A stretch of 41,096 nt of DNA from a virus (IMGVR_UViG_3300030708_001584:1-41096), one strand, 5' to 3'. Shown: positions 1 through 7,773, counted from the first letter of the stretch. The notes: generated from the letters alone by a model not told the origin. Translations and numbers: made by a program.

Positions 1-199
1 TTTCTGTTAAATAATCTAAATCTCTATCATCCACATCCACTGAAATATTTGGACCGCCCATAGTTTTTATTCTATTCAAATATTCTTTAATTTTTTTCCT
101 ACACTGTTCATCTTCTTCTTTATTATTAACACCTAAATTAGTAGTAATTTTAGAAGAGGTTCTTAACTTTGGTTGTTTAACAATATTAAACCAACTCAT
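1..199 (-). CDS. hypothetical protein, runs off the left edge (MSWFNIVKQPKLRTSSKIT...)
   Basis: Manual translation: ATG at 199, open to the window edge, AGGTG RBS upstream. Confidence 0.7.
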   Translation of the reverse strand, partial: MSWFNIVKQPKLRTSSKITTNLGVNNKEEDEQCRKKIKEYLNRIKTMGGPNISVDVDDRDLDYLTE

Positions 200-215
200 A
201 CTAAACACCTTTTCA

Positions 216-236
216 CAAAAATTTTGGCGGAATTTT
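216..236. repeat. 21-bp direct repeat copy 1, CAAAAATT(T/G)TGGCGGAATTTT
   Basis: Matches 610-630 with one mismatch; both copies lie just upstream of minus-strand genes. Confidence 0.75.
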
Positions 237-238
237 TT

Positions 239-580
239 TTAGTAAGACCAAATTAACTCATATTCTCCATCTTTGTATTTAATTAATTCTGCTGGCCCTA
301 CTTTATCTCTAACTTCAGGAGGCTGACTATTAATATCCTCAATAACACTTTGAGGTAGTTTAACATCATCTATAATAACATCAGTAACGTAAATTCCAAT
401 TTCACGCATATTTTCAATACGTTGCCCAAAAGAAAATTCCCATTCAATTATTGCAGTTTGGTGTTCATCAATTTCTAAATCATCATAATCAACAGTTGTT
501 CTAAAAGAAAACCCATGCATTTTATTTGCAGGTCCATCTTGTTTAATTATTTTCTTTCTTAGTTCTTCTTCCCATTTCAT
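239..580 (-). CDS. hypothetical acidic protein
   Basis: 113-aa ORF with GAGGT RBS upstream. Confidence 0.75.
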   Translation of the reverse strand: MKWEEELRKKIIKQDGPANKMHGFSFRTTVDYDDLEIDEHQTAIIEWEFSFGQRIENMREIGIYVTDVIIDDVKLPQSVIEDINSQPPEVRDKVGPAELIKYKDGEYELIWSY

Positions 581-609
581 AACAATACCTCATTTTAATT
601 TTACTTTTT

Positions 610-630
610 CAAAAATTGTGGCGGAATTTT
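610..630. repeat. 21-bp direct repeat copy 2
   Basis: Matches 216-236 with one mismatch. Confidence 0.75.
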
Positions 631-1031
631 AGTGGCACTAGCAAAAACTTTTTAATTCTTTTTTTTCTATTTCCAGGATAAAAATATATTATTTAATTAT
701 TAAATGATTTAATTATATTATATTCGGTTAGTATCGAATGTATTGTATTCCTATGGGCAAAGTATTATTGTTATCTTTAATATTTATTATTATTAATGTT
801 GCTGGCTTAATTAACCATTCATGTCGTATTAAACTCTTGTATAAAGTATTTTAGTGAAGTTTTGATTAGATATAATATAATTTATTAATTTATATTGACC
901 CCTCATTATTTTTATATTGTATTTACTAAAAGTTTTCAAAATTAAACATTTAATTAGAGATAAACAAGTTCGTTATTCGCGCCATTTGAATAATAAATAT
1001 TAAATTAGTATTGTTTGTATTATAATTATAA

Positions 1032-1316
1032 TTATAACATATTATAGTAACGACCAGATATTTCTTTTATTTCCTTTAATTTTAAATGATGCTGATAGTC
1101 ATCTTTCACATATGTTTTAATTTGACGCATTGCATCTAAATGATTCTTTAATTCAATACAATCCATATTCATAAGAGTTCGCTTATACTTATCAAAATCA
1201 CGATAATACTTTGCACTCCTTATTTCATCAAGATACTTATCGCGTATATTTTCGCATCCAAACTCATTAATACTGGTTTGTCTATATTTCAATATAGAAT
1301 CAAACCAATTACCCAT
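1032..1316 (-). CDS. hypothetical protein (MGNWFDSILKYRQTSINEFG...), possible PIP-like motif
   Basis: ORF track; ATG 1316 preferred as start because it gives the same W-x-x-x-[IL]-K type N-terminus as neighbouring ORFs. Confidence 0.6.
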   Translation of the reverse strand: MGNWFDSILKYRQTSINEFGCENIRDKYLDEIRSAKYYRDFDKYKRTLMNMDCIELKNHLDAMRQIKTYVKDDYQHHLKLKEIKEISGRYYNML

Positions 1317-1537
1317 GCAGCAGCCTATGGCTAGTAACCTATTAACTATATTGGAGCGCACATAGATATTAGACCACTAATGCATATCATCAGTCATTAA
1401 AAAAGAATCGTTTATTATCATTAAAATTTATTATTGTTTATTTTAACATTAAAAAAATTTTAGAGCAAAGCATATGGTGTGAACTTTGTGATTACACCCC
1501 ATATATCAGGTAAATGATACTACAAGTGAGGTTTATT

Positions 1538-1930
1538 ATGAAAAATAGATTAGTAGAATACTTAGAACGAGAAGTTGATTGGAAAAATGATAGCATTAGA
1601 GAGGAATATGGTATCAAATATTACTTTGATGAAGATGTATGTTTTGAGGAATGGTTAGAAGCAATTCCTCAAGAATTGTGGGAAAAGCACAATTTAGAGG
1701 AACCTGATGATATTCTTGAAACTAGTGATGCTGATGCTATTGCTGACTTAATGTTGCATCTGAAAGAATGGTGCAAAGAATACTTTAGTCGCAAAAATAT
1801 TAGAAAAGGTATTGATGCCCGTAGAAGAGAAGATGAAAGAGATGCTAGGACTCAAGCGGCTGAAATGGGTTATCATGACTATTATGGTGGTAGTTATTAT
1901 CCATCAGAAGGCGGTTATTCCTATTATTAA
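1538..1930 (+). CDS. hypothetical acidic protein with Tyr/Gly-rich tail (module 1)
   Basis: ORF track; GAGGT RBS favours ATG 1538. Confidence 0.8.
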   Translation: MKNRLVEYLEREVDWKNDSIREEYGIKYYFDEDVCFEEWLEAIPQELWEKHNLEEPDDILETSDADAIADLMLHLKEWCKEYFSRKNIRKGIDARRREDERDARTQAAEMGYHDYYGGSYYPSEGGYSYY

Positions 1931-1936
1931 CCAAAT

Positions 1937-1957
1937 GCGCCCTTCGGGGCCTTTTTT
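1937..1957 (+). terminator. hairpin plus T-tract ending module 1
   Basis: GCCC-TTCG-GGGC followed by CTTTTTT just after the stop codon. Confidence 0.7.
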
Positions 1958-2090
1958 ACAAAGTTAGTGCCATATGGTTTGAAATATGATATTATGAAAT
2001 GTATTGAATAATATCTTATGAATACCTGATAAATAAGGTTTAATTACATACCAACCATATGCTCCCGTAACTTTGTGATTTAATGGGGGC

Positions 2091-2198
2091 CTATTGGCCC
2101 GTTTGGTCATTTTGGGTGCAAAAGCACCTATAACAGACGGTGCGACCGCAGTTTTTCGATATTACCACATTACACATATCACATCTTGACTTCATCAT
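2091..2198 (-). CDS. 35-aa Zn-finger microprotein (MMKSRCDMCNVVISKNCGRTVCYRCFCTQNDQTGQ), module 2
   Basis: Manual translation; GGTGA RBS, two CxxC pairs, GGGCC/GGCCC hairpin at the stop. Confidence 0.7.
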   Translation of the reverse strand: MMKSRCDMCNVVISKNCGRTVCYRCFCTQNDQTGQ

Positions 2199-2381
2199 TA
2201 TTCACCTTTTGTCTCATTGTATCTGTATCTCTCATTAATACATCTATTTATGATGGGATTCCTCAAAGTTACAATCATATGGTTCTACTTTGAAAGAAGC
2301 CTAATTTATACATTAAACACTAAGTAGGTTGCGTCATCGAGAAAGGCTGATGCAGGAGAAACAACAAAAAGGTGATAAAAA

Positions 2382-2930
2382 ATGAGTAAAACAAGTTATT
2401 ACATGGATGATGAAAAATGGGATGCTACCCGTAGTAAGGTAGACGCTTGGATAGAGCAAAACGGAGATAATCCGATTGTGCCTGTTATTACGGGTATTCT
2501 AGACCAAGCACAAGAAAATGCAGATTCGCGTAAGCGATTATGGGGTGCTATTACAGCAATGTTCAGCACTGTTGATAATTCCCCAATTAAGAAGGGTAAG
2601 CCCAGAGAATCGCTACCTGACGCGGTTGAAGTGCGAATTAGCGGTATTGTTGCTAATGTTACAGCAAACAAGGCACAGGAATATATGGATAATCCATATT
2701 GTGCGCTTGAAAGCCGTAGTCGTGTTACAGCCACTTCAGAGGTCTTTTTCGGAACAGCAGAAGAATACGGTGAATACCACGGTAATCGCGTAGAACGAAT
2801 GCTAATCGACGCATATAGAGCGCATGTTAAGAATGATGAAAATGCCCGCGTATTGTGGGATGGTGAGTCAATGAATGGTGATATGCCTGATTTGCAGGTA
2901 ATTGCTCCAAATACGGAGGAAGAGGAGTAA
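2382..2930 (+). CDS. hypothetical protein, paralog of 4783-5289 (module 3)
   Basis: 182-aa ORF with GGTGA RBS; shares NADSR, SPI, LP, WDG and terminal EEE with the paralog. Confidence 0.88.
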   Translation: MSKTSYYMDDEKWDATRSKVDAWIEQNGDNPIVPVITGILDQAQENADSRKRLWGAITAMFSTVDNSPIKKGKPRESLPDAVEVRISGIVANVTANKAQEYMDNPYCALESRSRVTATSEVFFGTAEEYGEYHGNRVERMLIDAYRAHVKNDENARVLWDGESMNGDMPDLQVIAPNTEEEE

Positions 2931-3025
2931 TCCTAGCATTGTAAGTCCTTTCTCGGTGGCCCCCTTATGGGGGTTTGCCATTACATTAGACAAAGTAGCA
3001 AACCATATGGTGTGACTTTGTTTAA

Positions 3026-3037
3026 CCCTATTATATA
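3026..3037 (+). promoter_or_regulatory. archaeal TATA-like promoter CCCTATTATATA just inside the ACTTTG arm
   Basis: Similar elements at 4703-4713 (+), 4428-4440 (-) and 2245-2257 (-), each oriented towards the module's gene. Confidence 0.55.
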
Positions 3038-3057
3038 GAAATAAATGAATAAAGACC

Positions 3058-3357
3058 ATGAGAGCCATAACACGCGACGCAGTAAGAGCATTCTGCAACA
3101 ACTATAAGTTTAAGCGGGATAATACCGAAATAAGAATCATTGAAAGAGATAATTATATTATAACACAAATGCGACTTCATGGGAATGTTATTGCGGAAAA
3201 GATGCCGAGCGGGTTTTATATCTCAACGTGTGGATGGGCAACAAATACAACAAAGGAACGCTTAAACGGTTTTAACGGGGTAAATATCGTTCAACGTAAT
3301 TATGAGTGGTATTTGAACGGTGAACACTGGAACGGTCAAAGGATAAAGGTGTTTTGA
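3058..3357 (+). CDS. phage-type hypothetical protein (LHGNxIA...CGWxTxTTKERLN), module 4
   Basis: 99-aa ORF; motif recalled from small viral proteins; probably leaderless. Confidence 0.8.
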   Translation: MRAITRDAVRAFCNNYKFKRDNTEIRIIERDNYIITQMRLHGNVIAEKMPSGFYISTCGWATNTTKERLNGFNGVNIVQRNYEWYLNGEHWNGQRIKVF

Positions 3358-3363
3358 ACATAT

Positions 3364-3379
3364 TGACCCTTTAGGGTCA
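3364..3379 (+). terminator. hairpin ending module 4
   Basis: TGACCC-TTTA-GGGTCA. Confidence 0.5.
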
Positions 3380-3457
3380 TATTATTCTCAAAGTTTTATG
3401 ACCATATGGTTGCACTTTGAGCAAGACGATAATAGACCATTTAATATAATTAAGACG

Positions 3458-3703
3458 GTGATAACCATTAGAACAGCATACCAGATATATAGGAACAATA
3501 AGCCAACCAGTGAGTTTTACTCATACAAAAGGGAGGCACAGAACGAAATTGATAGCAGAAATAAGTTTGCTATCCGCCAAATCATGAAAGATGTAAATCG
3601 AATGAATGGCGCACTTAGAGGCCGAAATCGAGAAGCCTTTGAAGAAGCGGTTGATTCCGTAGCAAACCCACCTTACACAATCGTAGAAATACGTATTGAG
3701 TAA
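3458..3703 (+). CDS. hypothetical protein (module 5), start uncertain
   Basis: The ORF-track ATG 3398 lies inside the repeat site; GTG 3458 or non-canonical ATT 3467 after GGTGA are more plausible. Confidence 0.65.
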   Translation: MITIRTAYQIYRNNKPTSEFYSYKREAQNEIDSRNKFAIRQIMKDVNRMNGALRGRNREAFEEAVDSVANPPYTIVEIRIE

Positions 3704-3849
3704 TTTGGGATGCTTAGGCAGTTCTTAGAACGTAAGTCCTAAATGTCCCAATTTGGGTCATAATCACAAAGTTATGACCATATGGTTTGACTTTGCACAA
3801 AGCCTGAAATAGAGATAAAACAGGAATATCAGGAGCGTAAACACTTATA

Positions 3850-4165
3850 CTCGGTTAAGTTGGGTTTCAAGGCTACTACCAGTTATCGCGCGATTCTGGC
3901 CCTTTACTCCTACCCAATTAACTTTCAAATGCAATACTCCGTCAATCCCTGCTATCCGTCAAGGGGGAATATGAAAAAGAGTTTAACGGACTCTTTGTAA
4001 GACAATCATTATCATAATCAGAACATCGTTTATGATTTAACACCGTTCAATATCTGCTTTACGTTTTTATTTAACCCTTTGATACGCATATGGGCGGCAA
4101 GCGTTACACGGCGAAAAACGATAATCCGTGACTAACTAATTATATTCAAAGCAGATAGTTTGAAT
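3850..4165. ncRNA. putative structured RNA in module 6
   Basis: No long ORF; helices GTTAAGTTGGGT/ACCCAATTAAC, AAAGAGT/ACTCTTT, CACGG/CCGTG, and TATCTGCTTT (4051-4060) with AAAGCAGATA (4148-4157). Confidence 0.45.
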
Positions 4166-4166
4166 A

Positions 4167-4271
4167 TTAACTATTGTAAGGCCAATAGCAATGAACATTG
4201 GAACAGACAGGTAATCCATCTTCATCTCCAATAATATCATAATTGCATAAATGGCATTTAGAGCGTTTCAT
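4167..4271 (-). CDS. 34-aa Zn-finger microprotein (MKRSKCHLCNYDIIGDEDGLPVCSNVHCYWPYNS), module 6
   Basis: Manual translation; GAGGTG RBS; ATGA overlap with the upstream ORF. Confidence 0.7.
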   Translation of the reverse strand: MKRSKCHLCNYDIIGDEDGLPVCSNVHCYWPYNS

Positions 4272-4351
4272 TCGTAACACCTCTTGCATTTAGTATTAAC
4301 AATCCTATAACACTTAGAACAAAACTTAATAGATTCAAACCAATCATACAT
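4268..4351 (-). CDS. 27-aa Zn-finger microprotein (MYDWFESIKFCSKCYRIVNTKCKRCYE), module 6
   Basis: Manual translation; GGAGG RBS; two CxxC pairs. Confidence 0.65.
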   Translation of the reverse strand: MYDWFESIKFCSKCYRIVNTKCKRCYE

Positions 4352-4782
4352 CTGGAACCCTCCAATTCACCAAAAGAAAGGAAGGCGGTCAGTAATAGGT
4401 CATTCATGTCTCTATTACTGTTTGATGTATATGAATAGGGTTTCTCAAAGTAAAACCATATGGTAGTATTAAGAAAAATAATAATTTATTATTTTGAATC
4501 TATTAGCACAGTCGGAACTGCTGGTCTGATTGTCTAGAATCCTAGACACTTATCCGGCCACTTTTGACTACTTTATGTATCTTAACCTATTCGTAATAAC
4601 TAGCCATAATGGTTTATTTTTTACACCAATTCGCTATTTCTCATTTCTCACGATTCTCATAGACATTCAACAACCATATGCTCCTAACTTTGTAAAAAGG
4701 AGCCTATTATATACCCCTGTAAAGTGGGAGTATTGTCCAGCGAGGACAGGAAGAACATAACTTAGTAAAACAGGTGATTAAA

Positions 4783-5289
4783 ATGAATGACGCAGAATGG
4801 AATAGTATGAAAGTAGAACTTGAAGAGTTCTTTAGTGTATCAACACAGGACACTTCAGCAGTTCAGGGTGTTTATGCAGGATTAGCCGCTATGGGCGATT
4901 CTAACGCAGATTCCCGAACTGGAGCAAAGAAGGCACTACAAGCATTATTGAAGGACTTTGATGGTTCTCCAATTAATAGGCGTGGAAGCCGTGGAAACCT
5001 ACCTACCACAGTAGCAGTAGTTCTTGACCAACTATCGGTTGAACTACGTGATGCAATTGCAGCCGCTTTTGACTCAAACCCTAACTTTAGGGCTATTGTC
5101 CACCGACACGGAAAAGCCGTTTCTAACGGTGCTTCTCCGAATTATACGGATGGTGCAGAGTTTGGTGCTTATATCGCTGGAAAGGCGCGAAAGGCTGGTG
5201 CAAGCCTTTATTCCTCCGGTGATTGGGATGGGTCATTAGACACCTTAGTTTCTACTATCACTGAAACGGAGGTTTACGAAGAGGAATGA
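4783..5289 (+). CDS. hypothetical protein, paralog of 2382-2930 (module 7)
   Basis: AGGTGA RBS before ATG 4783; motifs shared with the paralog. Confidence 0.88.
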   Translation: MNDAEWNSMKVELEEFFSVSTQDTSAVQGVYAGLAAMGDSNADSRTGAKKALQALLKDFDGSPINRRGSRGNLPTTVAVVLDQLSVELRDAIAAAFDSNPNFRAIVHRHGKAVSNGASPNYTDGAEFGAYIAGKARKAGASLYSSGDWDGSLDTLVSTITETEVYEEE

Positions 5290-5314
5290 TTCTTCCTTTT
5301 CGTTCTCGCTGGAC

Positions 5315-5373
5315 AAACCCCCTAATCTGGGAATTGGGCTTAATTGCCTGATTCTCAGGTTAGGGTTTTTTTT
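5315..5373 (+). terminator. long hairpin plus T-tract ending module 7
   Basis: CCCTAATCTGGGAATTGGGC pairs with GCCTGATTCTCAGGTTAGGG, followed by a T run. Confidence 0.75.
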
Positions 5374-5711
5374 ATTTTCAAAGTATAAAACAACCATATG
5401 GTCCTAAAAAAATAAATTAGGCATTACTATATTTCGCCGCCATAGGCCCCCCTCTGACTATAAATACCTCACGCAGCACGTAGATATGTTGAGCCTAATT
5501 AGTTATTATGCCTTTCAAACACGCTTATTTCCTAGTTACTATGTATAAACCCTCTACTTATTGGTCTTACATATTACCCTACTCACAATTGGTCTTTCTT
5601 AAGGTCAATTCCAATTAACATTAGTATAATATTACATACTTCATACTGAATACTCTTATATTAATACTAATATTGATATTAACGTATGCGTCTAATATCT
5701 AATGCAACTGG

Positions 5712-5904
5712 ATTTCATTTCTCATCGTTTCTCATGAGTGATAAATGAAAACCTATGCAAAATGAAGAGGTTGTGTTACATAAGTTATTGATAATATATT
5801 TCAATTATCATTTATCACATTTATCATCATCTTCTATCTTCTTCTTCTTCTTCTTCTCTCTTGAGCGTGACCCCCCATGAGAAATGAGAAATGAGAAATG
5901 AAAT
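5712..5904. repeat. inverted clusters of ATGAGAA heptamers flanking an AT-rich/CTT-repeat core; candidate replication origin
   Basis: 5712-5736 is nearly the reverse complement of 5876-5904, which holds (ATGAGAA)x3 ATGAAAT. Confidence 0.55.
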
Positions 5905-6022
5905 ACATTTTGAATAGGTTACGCTACACAACATACACAATACGAGTCCTTTATGTTTATTCTCATCCATCATGCGATGATAAACGACATAATAGATAAA
6001 AACAAACAAGAAGTGATTAATT

Positions 6023-6919
6023 ATGAAAACAATAGTAACGAAAGAAAAATATAATGGCTGGTTATGCAGATTTAAAAATAGCAAGATTAAATTGTGGAGA
6101 TTTATTATTGATAGTAAGGCCGAAGTAATTAAGCAAACTATGAGTAGATGGGGCGTTTCTGAAAAAACAGCCAATGAATATTATGCTAAATATATTCCTG
6201 ATTTGATTGCTTTGTTAGCAACTGATAAAGAAGAAAGAGAACAATATATTCAAGAACACTATTTTGCCTGTAATAGAGCAAAATATGAGGCTCATCTTTT
6301 GAAACAAAAGAGGATTGAAAAAGGCCTTAAGGTGAATTATCAGAAGGATGAAAAACCATCGGTAAAAAAATACAACAAATGGTCTAATGAAGAGTTAGAA
6401 CAATTAAAACTATTATATGAGGTCTACAAAGACGAAAGAGGATGGCCGAAAAAAGCAGCCAAAGTTCTTAATGAAGCATTTCATGAAGGTTTAGAAATAA
6501 GAACGGCATCGAAAGTGTATTCTAGATATAATTTAATGTTGATGAAGGAAGAAAAATTAGCACAAAAAAGCGACTTACCCAAAGTTAATAAGGGTGCTAA
6601 ACGAGAGAATGATGAGATTATTCTAGACGCTACAAAGGAGGCGAAAGTAATGAGTTTTAATGATACACAGAAATCTATATCAGTTATGTGTGATAGAATT
6701 AAAACTATGTTACTTGCTAAGAATAAACAATATGGGGATTCAGTGATGAGTCCTATTCGTGTATTCTCTAAGGCTGATAAAACAGAACAATTGAAGGTGC
6801 GAATTGATGATAAAATTAATCGTCTTCTTCAAGGCGACGAAAGTATTGAATCTGATGTTGATGTAATTGATGATTTGATTGGTTATCTTATTCTATTGAG
6901 AATATCAATGGAGGAATAA
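6023..6919 (+). CDS. multidomain protein: Myb-like HTH plus C-terminal DUF1599/Nmad1-like helical nucleotide-hydrolase domain
   Basis: KWSNEELEQLK; KNKQYGDS...RIDDKINRL...DLIGYLILL. Confidence 0.65.
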   Translation: MKTIVTKEKYNGWLCRFKNSKIKLWRFIIDSKAEVIKQTMSRWGVSEKTANEYYAKYIPDLIALLATDKEEREQYIQEHYFACNRAKYEAHLLKQKRIEKGLKVNYQKDEKPSVKKYNKWSNEELEQLKLLYEVYKDERGWPKKAAKVLNEAFHEGLEIRTASKVYSRYNLMLMKEEKLAQKSDLPKVNKGAKRENDEIILDATKEAKVMSFNDTQKSISVMCDRIKTMLLAKNKQYGDSVMSPIRVFSKADKTEQLKVRIDDKINRLLQGDESIESDVDVIDDLIGYLILLRISMEE

Positions 6920-6921
6920 AT

Positions 6922-7104
6922 ATGAATGAAAAAGAAAAGGAAATGGAAAGATTATTAGATATGCCTCCAACTGAATTGGTAGATTATCTTTTAGAAATAA
7001 AGAAAAAACTACGTGATGCTACTGATTTATTAAATGATTGTGGCTATAAATTAATAGATGGAGTTTGGCGGGATATGGAATATTATCCTAATGATTTGGA
7101 GTGA
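6922..7104 (+). CDS. hypothetical protein
   Basis: 60-aa ORF with GGAGG RBS, tightly packed between neighbours. Confidence 0.7.
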   Translation: MNEKEKEMERLLDMPPTELVDYLLEIKKKLRDATDLLNDCGYKLIDGVWRDMEYYPNDLE

Positions 7105-7109
7105 TTAAG

Positions 7110-7583
7110 ATGAAAAGCAGACGAAGACAAAATAACACTAGAATAATATATTGTTACAAATGTAGTATAGGATATTCAATATCCCCTATTACTGATGAAC
7201 GTGGTAAATTATATTGTAGGAGATGTGGAGTAGTAACTAATTTTGAACCTTCACCTAAGCCTCTAACTATGAAAGAAGTGCATAAAAGACATAGAGAGAG
7301 ACATCCAAATGATAAGATTTCTTTTGGTGAAAAACCAGTCAAGAATTGGACAACAAGAGAAATGAAAAAGATTGAAAAGTATAGAAGGTTTGTGACTGTA
7401 TTAGATGACTTCACAAACAGATATGAAGATTCTCCAGTAGTTCCAGCAATAAGGGATATGACTTTAATGCTTAAAGCAGAAAATAGTATTCAAGAAATGG
7501 ATAATGCTTGGAGTGCAATTAAGATTGTTTTACAAAGTAATGAAGATATGAAATTATTCATTGCTGATAAAAAGAACGCTTAA
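7110..7583 (+). CDS. Zn-ribbon protein with a C-terminal segment resembling the N-terminus of 2382-2930
   Basis: CYKC...CRRC; DSPVVPAI...EN...WSAI versus DNPIVPVI...EN...WGAI. Confidence 0.7.
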   Translation: MKSRRRQNNTRIIYCYKCSIGYSISPITDERGKLYCRRCGVVTNFEPSPKPLTMKEVHKRHRERHPNDKISFGEKPVKNWTTREMKKIEKYRRFVTVLDDFTNRYEDSPVVPAIRDMTLMLKAENSIQEMDNAWSAIKIVLQSNEDMKLFIADKKNA

Positions 7584-7594
7584 TTGAACAATAT

Positions 7595-7671
7595 GGGTCT
7601 ATGGCTTAGTCAGGTAGAGCGACGGGCTTTTAATCCGTTGGTCGGGGGTTCAAATCCCTCTAGACCCACCA
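7595..7671 (+). tRNA. tRNA-Lys(UUU) with encoded CCA
   Basis: Acceptor GGGTCTA/TAGACCC, anticodon loop CTTTTAA, T-loop TTCAAAT. Confidence 0.95.
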
Positions 7672-7677
7672 TATTTT

Positions 7678-7773
7678 AACTCGGTTTTGTGCCAAATAAA
7701 AAAGATAAAGACCTTCTCGTTACGTCGCTGTAACGGCAATAGGGGTTGCTTTCAACCGAAATCTTTCCGAGTT
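7678..7773 (+). ncRNA. unknown structured ncRNA family, copy 1
   Basis: AACTCGG/CCGAGTT stem, TTTTGTGCCAAATAAA insert, AAAGAT/ATCTTT stem. Confidence 0.7.

Larger units (their letters stand above)
1471..5400. repeat. array of 10 CATATG-centred sites (4 full CAAAGT-N6-8-CATATG-N5-ACTTTG, 6 half sites) delimiting 7 modules
   Basis: Full sites 2264-2292, 2991-3020, 3389-3419, 3767-3795; right half sites 1471-1488, 2056-2075, 4675-4692; left half sites 1959-1976, 4446-4462, 5379-5400. Confidence 0.9.

Noticed and set aside
631-1031. Very AT-rich gap as a gene or structured element
   Set aside because: No convincing ORF; short palindromes are expected at this AT content.
4087-4093. Additional CATATGG as an eleventh module site
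   Set aside because: No CAAAGT or ACTTTG arm at the expected distance; the same applies to CATATG hits noticed inside later genes.
4530-4760. 76-aa plus-strand ORF
   Set aside because: TTG start without RBS; crosses a repeat site and a promoter; atypical composition.
1471-5400. CRISPR array interpretation of the CATATG repeats
   Set aside because: Spacing is 80-720 bp and irregular, repeats are degenerate, and most intervals contain whole genes.
5827-6174. 115-aa minus-strand ORF with poly-Glu tail
   Set aside because: Overlaps 6023-6919 in antisense, and the Glu run derives from the (CTT)n tract.
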